Below, piece by piece: positions 17,238 through 27,297 of a stretch of 64,000 bases of DNA. A program made the position numbers and the translations under genes. Location: positions 557,089 through 621,088 of the forward strand of contig VMEP01000001.1 in the NCBI GenBank assembly GCA_007375595.1, given 5' to 3'. Each line of letters starts with the position of its first letter. Within the stretch, counting starts at the first letter, position 1. The stretch is from Parcubacteria group bacterium LiPW_30. GTDB lineage: Bacteria > Patescibacteriota > Minisyncoccia > Phycocordibacterales > VMEP01. The notes under the pieces are model-generated. The model saw only the letters and a program-made list of their open reading frames with translations, was not told where the DNA came from and did not search any database.

Positions 17238-18554
17238 CTACCTAGACTTCCATTCCTCTTCTTGCCTAACAAGAAGTTCTTTAGCTTTTTCTGGGTTTGC
17301 CATTACCTCAAGAACTGCGCGTTCCATTCTCATTCCTTGTGAACCCTTAACGAGAGCTATGTCCCCTTCTTTTATTTTTTGTTCCAAAAACTTACCAGCT
17401 TCTTTAGAGTCTTCAAATTGAAAAATTTTCTTTTCTGATAATCCAGCTATAAGTGCGCCTTCGGCGATATGTCTTGCGCGAATTCCAACAGTAATGACCA
17501 TGTCGCAAATCTTGCCCGCAATTTCACCCATTCGACGATGCTCCGTACTTGCGTGTTTACCGAGCTCAAGCATGTCTCCCAAAACTGCAATCTTTTTTGC
17601 TTTTCCTTCTAGCTTAGAAAGTGTTTCGAGCGCCGACTCCATCGCAACTGGCGATGCATTATACGTATCATCAATAATAATACTTCCCTTCACTCCTTTA
17701 ATTAATCTCAAACGTCCCGGTGCCATTTCATATGTGTGAAGCGCTTCCGCTGCGCGAACCATATTCAATTCACGAACATCAGCAACAGCAAGAGCGGAGA
17801 GCGCCGAGTAAACATGATTCATCCCGAAACCGCCGGAAAGATGCACTGGAATACTTGATCCCTTTGAATCAACGCGGAACGTTATTCCAAGTGGATATCC
17901 ATCATTTTCATCTTTTTTGTATTCAATATTTTCATATGAAGCTACAAGTGTCGCATCTTTACTAAAACCATAACTCTCCGTTCGGTTTTTTATTTTTTCC
18001 TTAAGAGACATCACGTCCTCATCGTCTGCGTTTAAAATAATCGTCCCGTTTTTTGATACAGCGTGCGCAAGCTCCCCTTTTTCGGCTTTAACAGCTTCAG
18101 GCGACTCAAAAAACTCCACGTGTGCTGGAACCTTACTCAAACGAGTAATTATTGCTATGTCTGGTTTAATCCAAGAAGCTGTTTTTTTAATATCTCCTGG
18201 GCGGTCGGCACCAACCTCAAGGACAAGCCATTCTGGATATGGTTTTTTTTGAATCAAAAGCGAGATTCCGTCTAAAAAATTCTTAATCCACATAAGTGGA
18301 TTATTCCAAGCATTAGGACAACCAATCACGGTAAGGGGGATTCCAATTTCACTATTAAAACTTTTTTCACTTTTCCTGGTTTTATAAAAATGAGACAAAA
18401 CTGCATAAACAGCATCTTTAGACGAAGTCTTTCCAACGGTACCAGTAATCGCCACAATTTTAGGTTTGTATTTTTTTAAAATAAGACGCGCTTCTAGTGT
18501 TAGAACCGCAACTGTTATCTTTTTTAAAAGTGTCTTTAAAAACTTCATATTCAA
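17238..18554 (-). CDS. murF: UDP-N-acetylmuramoyl-tripeptide--D-alanyl-D-alanine ligase
   Basis: Mur ligase P-loop (VAITGTVGKTSSKDA) and DDTYNASP (MurF-type YNANP motif). Sits in the dcw cluster after ftsI. Confidence 0.75.
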   Translation of the reverse strand: MNMKFLKTLLKKITVAVLTLEARLILKKYKPKIVAITGTVGKTSSKDAVYAVLSHFYKTRKSEKSFNSEIGIPLTVIGCPNAWNNPLMWIKNFLDGISLLIQKKPYPEWLVLEVGADRPGDIKKTASWIKPDIAIITRLSKVPAHVEFFESPEAVKAEKGELAHAVSKNGTIILNADDEDVMSLKEKIKNRTESYGFSKDATLVASYENIEYKKDENDGYPLGITFRVDSKGSSIPVHLSGGFGMNHVYSALSALAVADVRELNMVRAAEALHTYEMAPGRLRLIKGVKGSIIIDDTYNASPVAMESALETLSKLEGKAKKIAVLGDMLELGKHASTEHRRMGEIAGKICDMVITVGIRARHIAEGALIAGLSEKKIFQFEDSKEAGKFLEQKIKEGDIALVKGSQGMRMERAVLEVMANPEKAKELLVRQEEEWKSR

Positions 18555-18563
18555 TTTATTTTA

Positions 18564-20285
18564 CTATCTGTCGGGCGGAACCTCATAATAACTTAAGAGG
18601 AATTTTGCCATATCCATAAATGGATAGGTTAACGTGTGAGATGCATACTTCTCTCCTTTTGGATTCTTGGTATAAATGAAAATCAAAAACTTCGGATTGT
18701 ATGCCGGAAAATAACCAAAAAACGAATGGAGGTACCTATCGTCATAGTAACCTTTGCCATTTGGAAGTGCAATTTGAGCTGTTCCAGTTTTCGCCGCGAT
18801 ACTATAGTGTGGCATTTTTACCGTCCCACCCAAAAGTGCTTTATCGACAACCTGCACCAACATTCTTGTTATTTCCTCCGATGTTTCTTTTTTTATAACT
18901 TGAGCGCCGAGTGGGGTTTCAATTTTTTTATTAATTCCACCTTTATATTCTATCTCCGAAACAAGGTGTGGAGTAACTATGTATCCGCCGTTTCCTAAAA
19001 TCGCAAGTGCTCGAATCGTGCTGATTGGAGTCATGGCAATTCCTTGTCCGAAAGAGGCATTAGCAAATTCAATATCGCGATTGGTGTTTAAGTTTGAAAT
19101 AAGATTTCTCCCTTCGTTTGGTAAATCAATACCGGTTTTCTCCCCAAAACCAAAAGATAAGAAATATTTCTTAAATTCATCTTTACCCATTTTTTGCATT
19201 GCAAAAGCAACGCCAGTATTCAAAGATTCGTCTAATACGTGTTGCATGGTTGTAACCCCACGTCCCTTCTTGTCGTAGTTGTAGATTGTGTACCCATTGA
19301 AAGTGAGTGACCCCGTGTCGTTATACGTTGTATTTGCTTTAACTGCCCCCTTATCAAGAGCGGCCGCCATTGTGAGCGCTTTAACAGTCGAGCCCATTTC
19401 GTAAACATTTTCAACCAATGGATTAGAAAAAAGCGCCACATTTTCTACTTCTTGGAATTTGTTCAAATCAAAACCAGGTGTCACTTCAATGGCGTAAATA
19501 CTTCCATCCATCGGATTAATAATTATTGCTCCAGTTTCTTCCGAAGAATATTTTTCATTTATACCTTTAACAGTTTTCTGAAGATAACTTTGAACGGATG
19601 GTTCTATCGTTAATACCAAATCTCCTTCTTTGTTTATCGCATCGCTCGATAAAGTGCTTCTCAAGCTAGAAAATACTTCAGCAAAAAAATTAACGTAAAG
19701 ACCATTCTTCCCTCTTTCAAGAACATTATTATATTGTCTTTCTATTCCATATCGTCCAGCAATAATATCGCCCTTATATGCCGTAAAACCAATTACTTGG
19801 GCCGACATCGTACCCGCTGGATAAAATCTCCACTTTTCTTTATAAACTGAAACACCAGGAATTTCTAACGCGCTTATTGCATCAACGTTCTCGCGAGAAA
19901 CCCTATGCGCAATTTCTTCATATGGATCTTTTTCTTTTGAAACTTTTTTTATAAAAACATCGTGGTCAAGATCTTTGATGTGTTTTTCTAGTTTTAAATA
20001 AGCGCCTTCTTTGTCGGTAATTTTTTGAGGATTTATCGCAATAATATAACCGGATTTTAAACCAGCAGCAGAAATAAGATTTCCACTTCGTTCTTTAAAA
20101 AAAATAGAGCCACGGTCAAAAATTGAACCACGTGGAGTTGCATACTGACGATCAGCTATCTCACTATAGTAAGAACCATTAACAATCTGCACAAAAAAAA
20201 GCTTAATAATTATTAAGCAGACACAAGCCGCTAAAAATAGCGAAATTACCCTGATTCTACCTATTGGATTAACGTGCTGAACCAT
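18564..20285 (-). CDS. ftsI: Penicillin-binding protein, FtsI-like transpeptidase
   Basis: 573 aa. N-terminal TM helix. Has STVK (SxxK), SN and KTGTA motifs. Confidence 0.85.
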   Translation of the reverse strand: MVQHVNPIGRIRVISLFLAACVCLIIIKLFFVQIVNGSYYSEIADRQYATPRGSIFDRGSIFFKERSGNLISAAGLKSGYIIAINPQKITDKEGAYLKLEKHIKDLDHDVFIKKVSKEKDPYEEIAHRVSRENVDAISALEIPGVSVYKEKWRFYPAGTMSAQVIGFTAYKGDIIAGRYGIERQYNNVLERGKNGLYVNFFAEVFSSLRSTLSSDAINKEGDLVLTIEPSVQSYLQKTVKGINEKYSSEETGAIIINPMDGSIYAIEVTPGFDLNKFQEVENVALFSNPLVENVYEMGSTVKALTMAAALDKGAVKANTTYNDTGSLTFNGYTIYNYDKKGRGVTTMQHVLDESLNTGVAFAMQKMGKDEFKKYFLSFGFGEKTGIDLPNEGRNLISNLNTNRDIEFANASFGQGIAMTPISTIRALAILGNGGYIVTPHLVSEIEYKGGINKKIETPLGAQVIKKETSEEITRMLVQVVDKALLGGTVKMPHYSIAAKTGTAQIALPNGKGYYDDRYLHSFFGYFPAYNPKFLIFIYTKNPKGEKYASHTLTYPFMDMAKFLLSYYEVPPDR

Positions 20286-20622
20286 TTCCCAATGTTAGGC
20301 CTTTTGCAGAAGTGTTTTTTGAGACAAAAACAGCCTTATTAGCCTCCTCATAGCCCATAGAACGAGCCAAATCAAGGGAAATGGAGTTCCCTGTGGCCAA
20401 ATACTCAATTTCAAGCTCGCTTAGATTTGATTTAACAACTCTGAGTTCGTTTTCTACGTTTGCCCTCCCAGCAACATTAAAAACTGTGCTAGCCACAAAA
20501 TAGAAGTATAAAACCATGGATAGAGCCAAAGCGCCCAACACCAAATGCATATAAAAAGGATCAACGTCACCCCAGATTAGAGTGGCGCTTTTTGTATTTA
20601 ATTTTGAAATATTTTTTTTCAT
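20269..20622 (-). CDS. ftsL: FtsL-like cell division protein
   Basis: 117 aa with a single TM helix and a coiled coil, positioned between rsmH and ftsI. Confidence 0.4.
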   Translation of the reverse strand: MKKNISKLNTKSATLIWGDVDPFYMHLVLGALALSMVLYFYFVASTVFNVAGRANVENELRVVKSNLSELEIEYLATGNSISLDLARSMGYEEANKAVFVSKNTSAKGLTLGNGSAR

Positions 20623-20628
20623 AAAGAA

Positions 20629-21573
20629 CTAAATTTTTTCTATGATTCTCAACTTGGCACTGCGGGATTTAGGGTTTTCGTGTGTTTCTTCTTCGCTTGC
20701 AATCAAAGGTCTTTTTGTAATAATTTTTGCAGTACCCTCCTTCCCTTTTTCTTGAAAATATCTTTTTACAATTCTGTCTTCGATACTATGAAATGAAATG
20801 ATTGCCATTCGTCCATGAGAATTAAGTGCGCCAAATGCTTTTGGTAAAGCTTCAGTGAGCGCCCCTACTTCATCGTTTACCGCCATCCTAATTCCCTGAA
20901 AAGTACGTGTTGCCGGATGAATCTTTTGCTTTTTTCTCGCAACATAAGGTATCGCCTCTTCAATAATCTTTGATAATTGAGAAGTGGTTGTGATTGGTCC
21001 CAATTCCCTACTCTCAACAATTGCTTTGGCTATTCTTTTCGCAAATCTTTCTTCGCCGTAGGAAGAGATGATGAGGGTGAGTGTTTCTTCGCTCCAAGTG
21101 TTTACCACTTCAAGCGCTGTCACCTCGTCTTCTTTTGGTTCTTCAGCGAAGGTCATTACCAACGGTTCTTCTTGTTTGAAAGTAAACCCTCTTCCTGAAA
21201 CTTCTATTTGCGGAGAACTCAATCCAAGATCAAATAATGCTGCGTCGATTTTTTCTACACCTGCTTCTTTTAGTACGGAGTCGAGATTCCGAAAGTTTGT
21301 ATTAAAAAATTTTATCTCGCCCTTAAAACCAAAATTAGAAAGTGTATCTTTTGCTCTCGTGATGGCTACACTATCAGCGTCAATGCCGATAATTGTGCCC
21401 TTATGTCCAATACGAGTGGCAATCTCTTTGGTGTGACCACCGACACCAAGTGTGGCATCAAGTGCGACCGCACCTTCTTTTAGATTGAGACCTTCTATTG
21501 CTTCTTGTAAAAGAACTGGTACGTGCTTAGCTTCATTAGGTGAAATGCTTTTTGTATTTATTTTTTTTTGCAT
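20629..21573 (-). CDS. rsmH: 16S rRNA (cytosine1402-N4)-methyltransferase
   Basis: DATLGVGGHT SAM-binding motif. 314 aa. Confidence 0.9.
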   Translation of the reverse strand: MQKKINTKSISPNEAKHVPVLLQEAIEGLNLKEGAVALDATLGVGGHTKEIATRIGHKGTIIGIDADSVAITRAKDTLSNFGFKGEIKFFNTNFRNLDSVLKEAGVEKIDAALFDLGLSSPQIEVSGRGFTFKQEEPLVMTFAEEPKEDEVTALEVVNTWSEETLTLIISSYGEERFAKRIAKAIVESRELGPITTTSQLSKIIEEAIPYVARKKQKIHPATRTFQGIRMAVNDEVGALTEALPKAFGALNSHGRMAIISFHSIEDRIVKRYFQEKGKEGTAKIITKRPLIASEEETHENPKSRSAKLRIIEKI

Positions 21574-21592
21574 TTTTACCTAATCGCCTAAT

Positions 21593-22027
21593 TTATATCG
21601 CCCCTACCTCACCTAACTTCTCTGCTAACAAATCTGCCTGCTTACCGATATTTGCCTTATACTCGCCCCAAAGTTTTTCGTTCCAAATCTCGATGCGTCC
21701 GTAAACGCCCGCGATGACGATTTTGCTCTTGAGCTCGGCAAAATCTTTCAATGAGTCTGGTATCAAAACACGACCCAATGAATCAACTTCTGCTTCATAT
21801 GCACCTGAGAGCATAAAACGAGAAAAGCCACGCATATCGCCTCGACCTAGAGGAAGCTCGGAAAGTTTCTCCGCGAGTTTTTCCCACTGAGGCATGGTGT
21901 AAACGAAAAGACATTTATCAAGCCCGTTCGTTATTACCACTTTCTTTCCCACTTCTCTTCTGAACTTAGCGGGTAAAGAAACTCTTTTTTTATCGTCCAA
22001 CGTGTGGACATATTCTCCTATAAGCAT
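21593..22027 (-). CDS. mraZ: Transcriptional regulator MraZ
   Basis: MLIGEYVHTLDDKKRVSLPAKFR… is the canonical MraZ N-terminus. The ORF-track start at 22126 is probably too long. Confidence 0.8.
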   Translation of the reverse strand: MLIGEYVHTLDDKKRVSLPAKFRREVGKKVVITNGLDKCLFVYTMPQWEKLAEKLSELPLGRGDMRGFSRFMLSGAYEAEVDSLGRVLIPDSLKDFAELKSKIVIAGVYGRIEIWNEKLWGEYKANIGKQADLLAEKLGEVGAI

Positions 22028-22165
22028 GACATTTAATTTCGTACCCATCGCTTCTGTTAAATGGCTAAAACTTTCTCTTGAAAGTTCGCCCGACCACCAG
22101 CAAAAGTGGTTTAGGGCTAAAAACAAAAGCGATGTATGGAATAAAACAGATTATCTAAAGATTTT

Positions 22166-22200
22166 CCACTTCATCCCACTGCATACCATTATACCCCACT
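22166..22200 (-). promoter_or_regulatory. Pmra promoter with MraZ-box direct repeats (GTGGGG-TATAAT-…GTGGG-…GTGG on the minus strand)
   Basis: GTGGG-type repeats at 10 and 20 bp phasing bracket a perfect TATAAT. Confidence 0.5.
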
Positions 22201-22354
22201 AGACACCATTTCATAGCAAAGTTATCCACAAAATCTTGTGTTTACCGCACCAGAAAACAACACTAAATAAAAGGCAATAGTGGTTTGTTTTTAGCCTTAT
22301 ATATAAACAAAAAACCACTCTGGTTGAGCGGTTTTTTGTTTATATAACAAACGT

Positions 22355-23014
22355 TTATTTGTTGATTATTAAGTAATCTCCTTTCCCGACAACCTCAATA
22401 ACAGAGCCGTCTATTTTAATTGCCGTCTCATCATCGGCAACATAGACTGACGTACTAAATCTTTCTTTCTCTATATTGTTTATAAATTCTCTCCTTAAGT
22501 GTTTAAACCACCCAGAGTTAAGATGTGGAATAAAAGCAAAATCATACAATTCCATTGGTAAGCCGTGTTCACTCCCGTAATCTTCTTCTGGAAATAGTTC
22601 ACTATTTAAATCTTCGGTTAAAAAGTGTCCAGCAACCATACTACCAGCACTTATTCCCATATATACTTTTGTATTAAGTAGTGGCACTAGAAATTCTTTT
22701 ATTTTATTTTCCTCAATTATTCTCGCTAAGTATTTTTCGTTCCCTCCACCAAAACAAATTATATCCGCCGCCAAAAAATGTGGTTTCCACACCTCATCAG
22801 GTAATGCAACATCTATGATATCAATTGACTTAAAACCACATCTTTGAAAATCTTTTAAATTTTCTATAACCCAACTCTTATCATCGGTCCCAGGGTTTGC
22901 TGCTGTAGGTACAAAGACAATTGAGGTTTCGGCCAATGATTTCTCAACAAGCTTTTGTAGTGCTTCTACTATGTATTCATTTTTTAGACCACTAGAGGTA
23001 AGTAACAACTTCAT
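22355..23014 (-). CDS. pepE: Peptidase S51 (dipeptidase E-like)
   Basis: 219 aa. N-terminal LLTSSG and the nucleophile motif GISAGS. Confidence 0.65.
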   Translation of the reverse strand: MKLLLTSSGLKNEYIVEALQKLVEKSLAETSIVFVPTAANPGTDDKSWVIENLKDFQRCGFKSIDIIDVALPDEVWKPHFLAADIICFGGGNEKYLARIIEENKIKEFLVPLLNTKVYMGISAGSMVAGHFLTEDLNSELFPEEDYGSEHGLPMELYDFAFIPHLNSGWFKHLRREFINNIEKERFSTSVYVADDETAIKIDGSVIEVVGKGDYLIINK

Positions 23015-23026
23015 TTATTTTAATTT

Positions 23027-24496
23027 TTACTCTCTTGGCCTCATTGTTGGGAACAAAATAACCTCTTTAATATTTTTAGTATTAGTCAAAATCATTACCA
23101 ATCTATCAATCCCAATACCAACACCGGCAGCTGGTGGCATTCCGTATTCCATTGATTCAAGATAACCCTCGTCTGAAGGAGAAACTTCCCCTTCTCCAGC
23201 GCGTTTCTTCTTGTCTTGCTCGACATATCTTTCGCGCTGATCGCTTGGGTCATTGAGTTCTGAAAAAGCGTTAACAACCTCAAAACCACCAACAACAAGT
23301 TGGAATCTATCAATAAAATTCTGATCATCTTCTTTTCTTTTTGCAAAAGGAGAAAATTCTACAGGATAATCAACAATAAAAGTTGGTTGGATAAGTTTTG
23401 GTCGGCAGGTTTTCTTATAGATATTATCTATAATTTTTTCTTTCGCATCATGTGGCGTAACGTCGATACCAAGTTGCTTTGCTTTTACAACAAGCTCTTC
23501 TTTGGTTACCTTTATTAAGTCTGGGATGAGCGCATATCTTTTTAATAAGTCGGCATAAGAAATAACGCTAAATGGTTTTCCAAAATCAATTACCTCTTCC
23601 CCGTGCGGGACCTGACCTTTCTTGGCCACCTTTTTAGCCACACGCCTCACAAGCGCTTCCACAAACTTCATAGCCTTTTTTGCATCGCTGTATGCTTCAT
23701 AAAATTCGAGCATCGTAAACTCTGGGTTGTGGGTGACGTCTATTCCTTCGTTTCTAAAGTTTCGTCCAAGTTCAAAGACTTTTCTGAATCCTCCAACCAA
23801 AAGTTGTTTCAAATATAACTCTGGTGCGATACGCAAAAACAAGTCCATATCAAGAGCATTGTGGTGAGTTGAAAATGGTAATGCTGTCGCCCCACCTGCT
23901 AGTGGTTGTAAAAGCGGAGTTTCAACTTCCAAGAAACCGTTTTCGGTGAGAGCGACGCGTATTTCATTTATTACGGCAGAGCGGACCAAAAATCTATCGC
24001 GAACCTCTGTCGACATTAACGTGTCGAGATATCGTCTACGAAATCTTTCTTCCACATCTTGTAGTCCGTGCCATTTATCTGGTAACGGTCGTAAACTCTT
24101 TGAAAGCATCCTCCAGTTTGTAACGAGGATTGTCTTTTCTTTTCGTTTAGTGACAAACAATTTTCCAGAAACTTCAATGAAATCTCCAATATCAATAGTG
24201 TCTTTAAAAAGTTCGAATGCGGCGTCCTCGATATCTCCTTTTTTAAGAAGTCCTTGGAATAACCCTGTGCTATCGTTCAAATCAAAAAAAACGAGAGCGC
24301 CTTGCCCACGCAAAGACATAACTCGCCCAACAAGAGAAAGCGGCTTTTTGCGCTTAGATAGTTTTGTAAACTGAGCTACTGCCTCAAGTAGTGTCGCGTC
24401 AAAATTTGAAGTAATCGGATAAGGTGTAACCCCCATCGTTTTTAGGATAGAAAGCTTACGGAGACGCTCATTTCTGATTTCTTCAAGTGAAGCCAT
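23027..24496 (-). CDS. lysS: Lysyl-tRNA synthetase (class II)
   Basis: 489 aa with an OB-fold N-terminus and class II motifs (FRNEG…; GIGIDRLVM). Confidence 0.9.
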   Translation of the reverse strand: MASLEEIRNERLRKLSILKTMGVTPYPITSNFDATLLEAVAQFTKLSKRKKPLSLVGRVMSLRGQGALVFFDLNDSTGLFQGLLKKGDIEDAAFELFKDTIDIGDFIEVSGKLFVTKRKEKTILVTNWRMLSKSLRPLPDKWHGLQDVEERFRRRYLDTLMSTEVRDRFLVRSAVINEIRVALTENGFLEVETPLLQPLAGGATALPFSTHHNALDMDLFLRIAPELYLKQLLVGGFRKVFELGRNFRNEGIDVTHNPEFTMLEFYEAYSDAKKAMKFVEALVRRVAKKVAKKGQVPHGEEVIDFGKPFSVISYADLLKRYALIPDLIKVTKEELVVKAKQLGIDVTPHDAKEKIIDNIYKKTCRPKLIQPTFIVDYPVEFSPFAKRKEDDQNFIDRFQLVVGGFEVVNAFSELNDPSDQRERYVEQDKKKRAGEGEVSPSDEGYLESMEYGMPPAAGVGIGIDRLVMILTNTKNIKEVILFPTMRPRE

Positions 24497-24570
24497 AATT
24501 GGCCAATTATACCGTTTTTATAAAAAAAGTGAAAATCATAATGATTTTTTATTGTATTCTTTACTTTTTC

Positions 24571-24640
24571 TTTTAAAAAACACGATAAAATTCTGCTGAA
24601 TTTTTCTCTACTCGCCTCGTCAGGCTCCGTAAGGTTTTTC
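24571..24640. repeat. Copy of the MITE-like repeat family (TTTTAAAAAACACGATAAAATTCTGCTGAATTTTT…GCTCCGTAAGG)
   Basis: Near-identical over ~40 bp to the copy at 50270. Confidence 0.55.
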
Positions 24641-24740
24641 AAAAGAAAAAGTCTTGGTTTTTTTAGAAAACACAAAAATAAGAAGAACAAATAAAAACCT
24701 TTAGTAAAGGAGTAAAAATTACCGAAACTAAAGTAAAACT

Positions 24741-25199
24741 TTACTCGATGTCTATAATCTCGTATTGAGTTATGCCAGCTGGGGTTTTAAATTTAACAAC
24801 TTCTCCTTTTTTCTTTCCAAAAAGAGCAACGCCAAGCGGTGACATGTTTGAAATTTTTCCCTGTGACATGTCTGCTTCTTCAGAGCCGACAATCTCGTAC
24901 TTTTGAGTAGTAGAGCTTCCGGATTTTTTAACAACAACAGTAGAACCAACTTCAACCATATTACTGTGATGCTTTTCAATAACAACGGCTGATTTTAGTA
25001 TCTCTTCAATCTGAGCTATTCTCTCTTCTGTTTTTGCCTGGTCTTCTCGTGCCTGAAGATATTCAGCGTTTTCTGAAAGGTCACCTAAGGACTTGGCATA
25101 CTCCAACTGTTCCGCAATTTCCTTACGTTTTGTGCCTTTTAAAAAGAGGACCTCCTCATTTAGTTCGTCGATTTTTTGTTTACTTAATTGGTATTCCAT
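24741..25199 (-). CDS. greA: Transcription elongation factor GreA
   Basis: 152 aa. LGDLSENAEY motif in the coiled coil plus an FKBP-like C-terminal domain. Confidence 0.9.
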   Translation of the reverse strand: MEYQLSKQKIDELNEEVLFLKGTKRKEIAEQLEYAKSLGDLSENAEYLQAREDQAKTEERIAQIEEILKSAVVIEKHHSNMVEVGSTVVVKKSGSSTTQKYEIVGSEEADMSQGKISNMSPLGVALFGKKKGEVVKFKTPAGITQYEIIDIE

Positions 25200-25307
25200 A
25201 ATTTAGTGTCGCGGTATTGTAGCTAAATAAGGCCCCAAAAGCAACAGCGCCTCTATGTTTTCCCGTTTTTGCTTTTCCCCCCCCTTCCACTCTCCATTTT
25301 CTACCTT

Positions 25308-26993
25308 CTACTTAAGATATTCCGGCGTATTTACTACCATCCACTCAAGAACTTGGCGCATTACATAAAGCCCCCCAACAGTATTTTCATGCGGACCTTT
25401 TTCCATAACCACCACAAAAGCGTACCTTGGTTTTTCGTATGGGAAAAATCCCATAATCCAGGCATTAACAAATTCTTTTTTTGCTCCAAGTTCAGCCGTC
25501 CCGGTCTTTGCTCCAATTGAAACACCACTAATCTGGAGCCCTTTTGCGGTCCCTTCATCAACTGCCATTTTCATCCCCTCTCGAATAATTTTAAAATTCT
25601 CAGGTGAAATTGGAATAACTGTTGATGGTAAATTCTCTTCACCCATTTTTATATGAGGAATATAAAGTGTTCCTCCGTTTGCAATCGCCGCCGTCGCGCG
25701 AGCAAGCTGAAGCGGAGAAACTTGAGTTCCATATTGTCCAATTGAAGTGTGATATGTATCTCCCAAAAGCCATTTGCCCTCCGCAAAGTTTTTTATCTTC
25801 CATTCTGGACTCGGTATCGTGCCGGCAACTTCTGTCGCAAAATCAATACCAATTTTTTCACCAAACCCAAACATTCTCATTATTCTTTCAATCTCTTTAA
25901 TTCCTAAACCTTTCTGGTCGGCATAACCACCACCAATAGCGTAAAAATAAACGTCACTAGAAACAGCGAGCGCACGTCTAACGTCGGTCCATCCATTTGC
26001 TCTCCAGTCTTTAAAAATAGATGGCTGGTCTGGAAAATATCGATTAGGAATAGAAATATATCCAGGAGAATATATCTGTTTATTTGGATCTATTATTTTG
26101 TTTTGAAGTGCGCCAGCAGCAAGAAAAGGTTTTACTGTTGATCCCGGTGTATATAAACCAGATGTCACCCGATTTAGAAATGGTTTATTTTTATTTAAAA
26201 GAAGCGAATTTATAATTTTTGATTGATCTCCATTTGAAAGAACCTGTGAACTATATTCTGGGTAACTTGAGAGCGCGAGTATTTCTCCGTTATTAACATC
26301 AATGATGACCCCAGCGCCACCAGTAAATCCAACTTGTTTTGAAAGAGCTTCCATTGTTTCATAAAGCTTCGTAGAAACGCGCGAGTCAATCGAAAGCACA
26401 ACGTTGTCACCATCAATTGGTAATCTCTGGGAAACTTCTGATTTCAATTCCCCCATTACATCAGACTCAACTAAACGCACACCGTTTTCACCACGCAATA
26501 CTTCATCAAACTCTTTTTCGGCGCCCTCTTTCCCTGTTACTTCTGTTTGCCAAAAATTACCCTTTGAATCAACTTTCGGATGGCTAACATAACCAAGAAG
26601 ATGCGCTATCCCAGGTGCATCCCCATAACTTCTTTTTGGGAAAATATCTTTTTCACTAACCGTGTTCCAAGCTAATTCTTTTTTGTTCCTGTCATAAATG
26701 ACTCCGCGCACAGAAAAAATAGGAATGTGTTTAAGGTGATTACGCTCACTTATCTTCACGTACTCCTCGCCCATCGCAACCTGAAACCAGTAAACACGAC
26801 CAATAAAAATTATGGCAATAAGCGCAAAAAAACCTCCTATCATAAAGATACTTGTTCGTGAAATTGGTTTCTCTATGCGCCCCTCCATGTGGTTAGTATC
26901 AAAACCAGGCATATTAGCCGAATCAAGAAAAACCTCGTCCAGGTCGAAATCTTTTGAAGACATTGGTTTTATTTTATGTCGCCTGTATATCAT
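25308..26993 (-). CDS. mrdA: Penicillin-binding protein 2 (elongasome transpeptidase)
   Basis: 561 aa. STVKPF (SxxK), SSN-like and KTGTAE motifs. Downstream of mreBCD. Confidence 0.8.
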   Translation of the reverse strand: MIYRRHKIKPMSSKDFDLDEVFLDSANMPGFDTNHMEGRIEKPISRTSIFMIGGFFALIAIIFIGRVYWFQVAMGEEYVKISERNHLKHIPIFSVRGVIYDRNKKELAWNTVSEKDIFPKRSYGDAPGIAHLLGYVSHPKVDSKGNFWQTEVTGKEGAEKEFDEVLRGENGVRLVESDVMGELKSEVSQRLPIDGDNVVLSIDSRVSTKLYETMEALSKQVGFTGGAGVIIDVNNGEILALSSYPEYSSQVLSNGDQSKIINSLLLNKNKPFLNRVTSGLYTPGSTVKPFLAAGALQNKIIDPNKQIYSPGYISIPNRYFPDQPSIFKDWRANGWTDVRRALAVSSDVYFYAIGGGYADQKGLGIKEIERIMRMFGFGEKIGIDFATEVAGTIPSPEWKIKNFAEGKWLLGDTYHTSIGQYGTQVSPLQLARATAAIANGGTLYIPHIKMGEENLPSTVIPISPENFKIIREGMKMAVDEGTAKGLQISGVSIGAKTGTAELGAKKEFVNAWIMGFFPYEKPRYAFVVVMEKGPHENTVGGLYVMRQVLEWMVVNTPEYLK

Positions 26994-27002
26994 TTGTATA
27001 AA

Positions 27003-27293
27003 TTAATAGAAAGATAAATAACGTTTAAGCCAAGAAACAAAATAATAAAAAATCACCGCAAAGAGTGTCGAGACTAACGGAAAACCGTAAAACTTGGCCT
27101 CGGGAATACCATATAATAAGTCTATCAATAAAAGCGCGAAAATTCCTTCGTAAAAATTCTCAAACAAAAAAAGCATAGAAACATAAAGGATAAAACTAAA
27201 CCACCATGGAGCAAAAAACACCGATGAAATAAGAACAACAAAAGAAAGTATTCTTACTCCAACAGCAAACGGTAAAGATTTTTCACTTTTCAT
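27003..27293 (-). CDS. mreD: Small polytopic membrane protein, probably MreD
   Basis: 96 aa with 3 TM helices, positioned between mreC and PBP2. Confidence 0.4.
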   Translation of the reverse strand: MKSEKSLPFAVGVRILSFVVLISSVFFAPWWFSFILYVSMLFLFENFYEGIFALLLIDLLYGIPEAKFYGFPLVSTLFAVIFYYFVSWLKRYLSFY

Positions 27294-27297
27294 GTTG

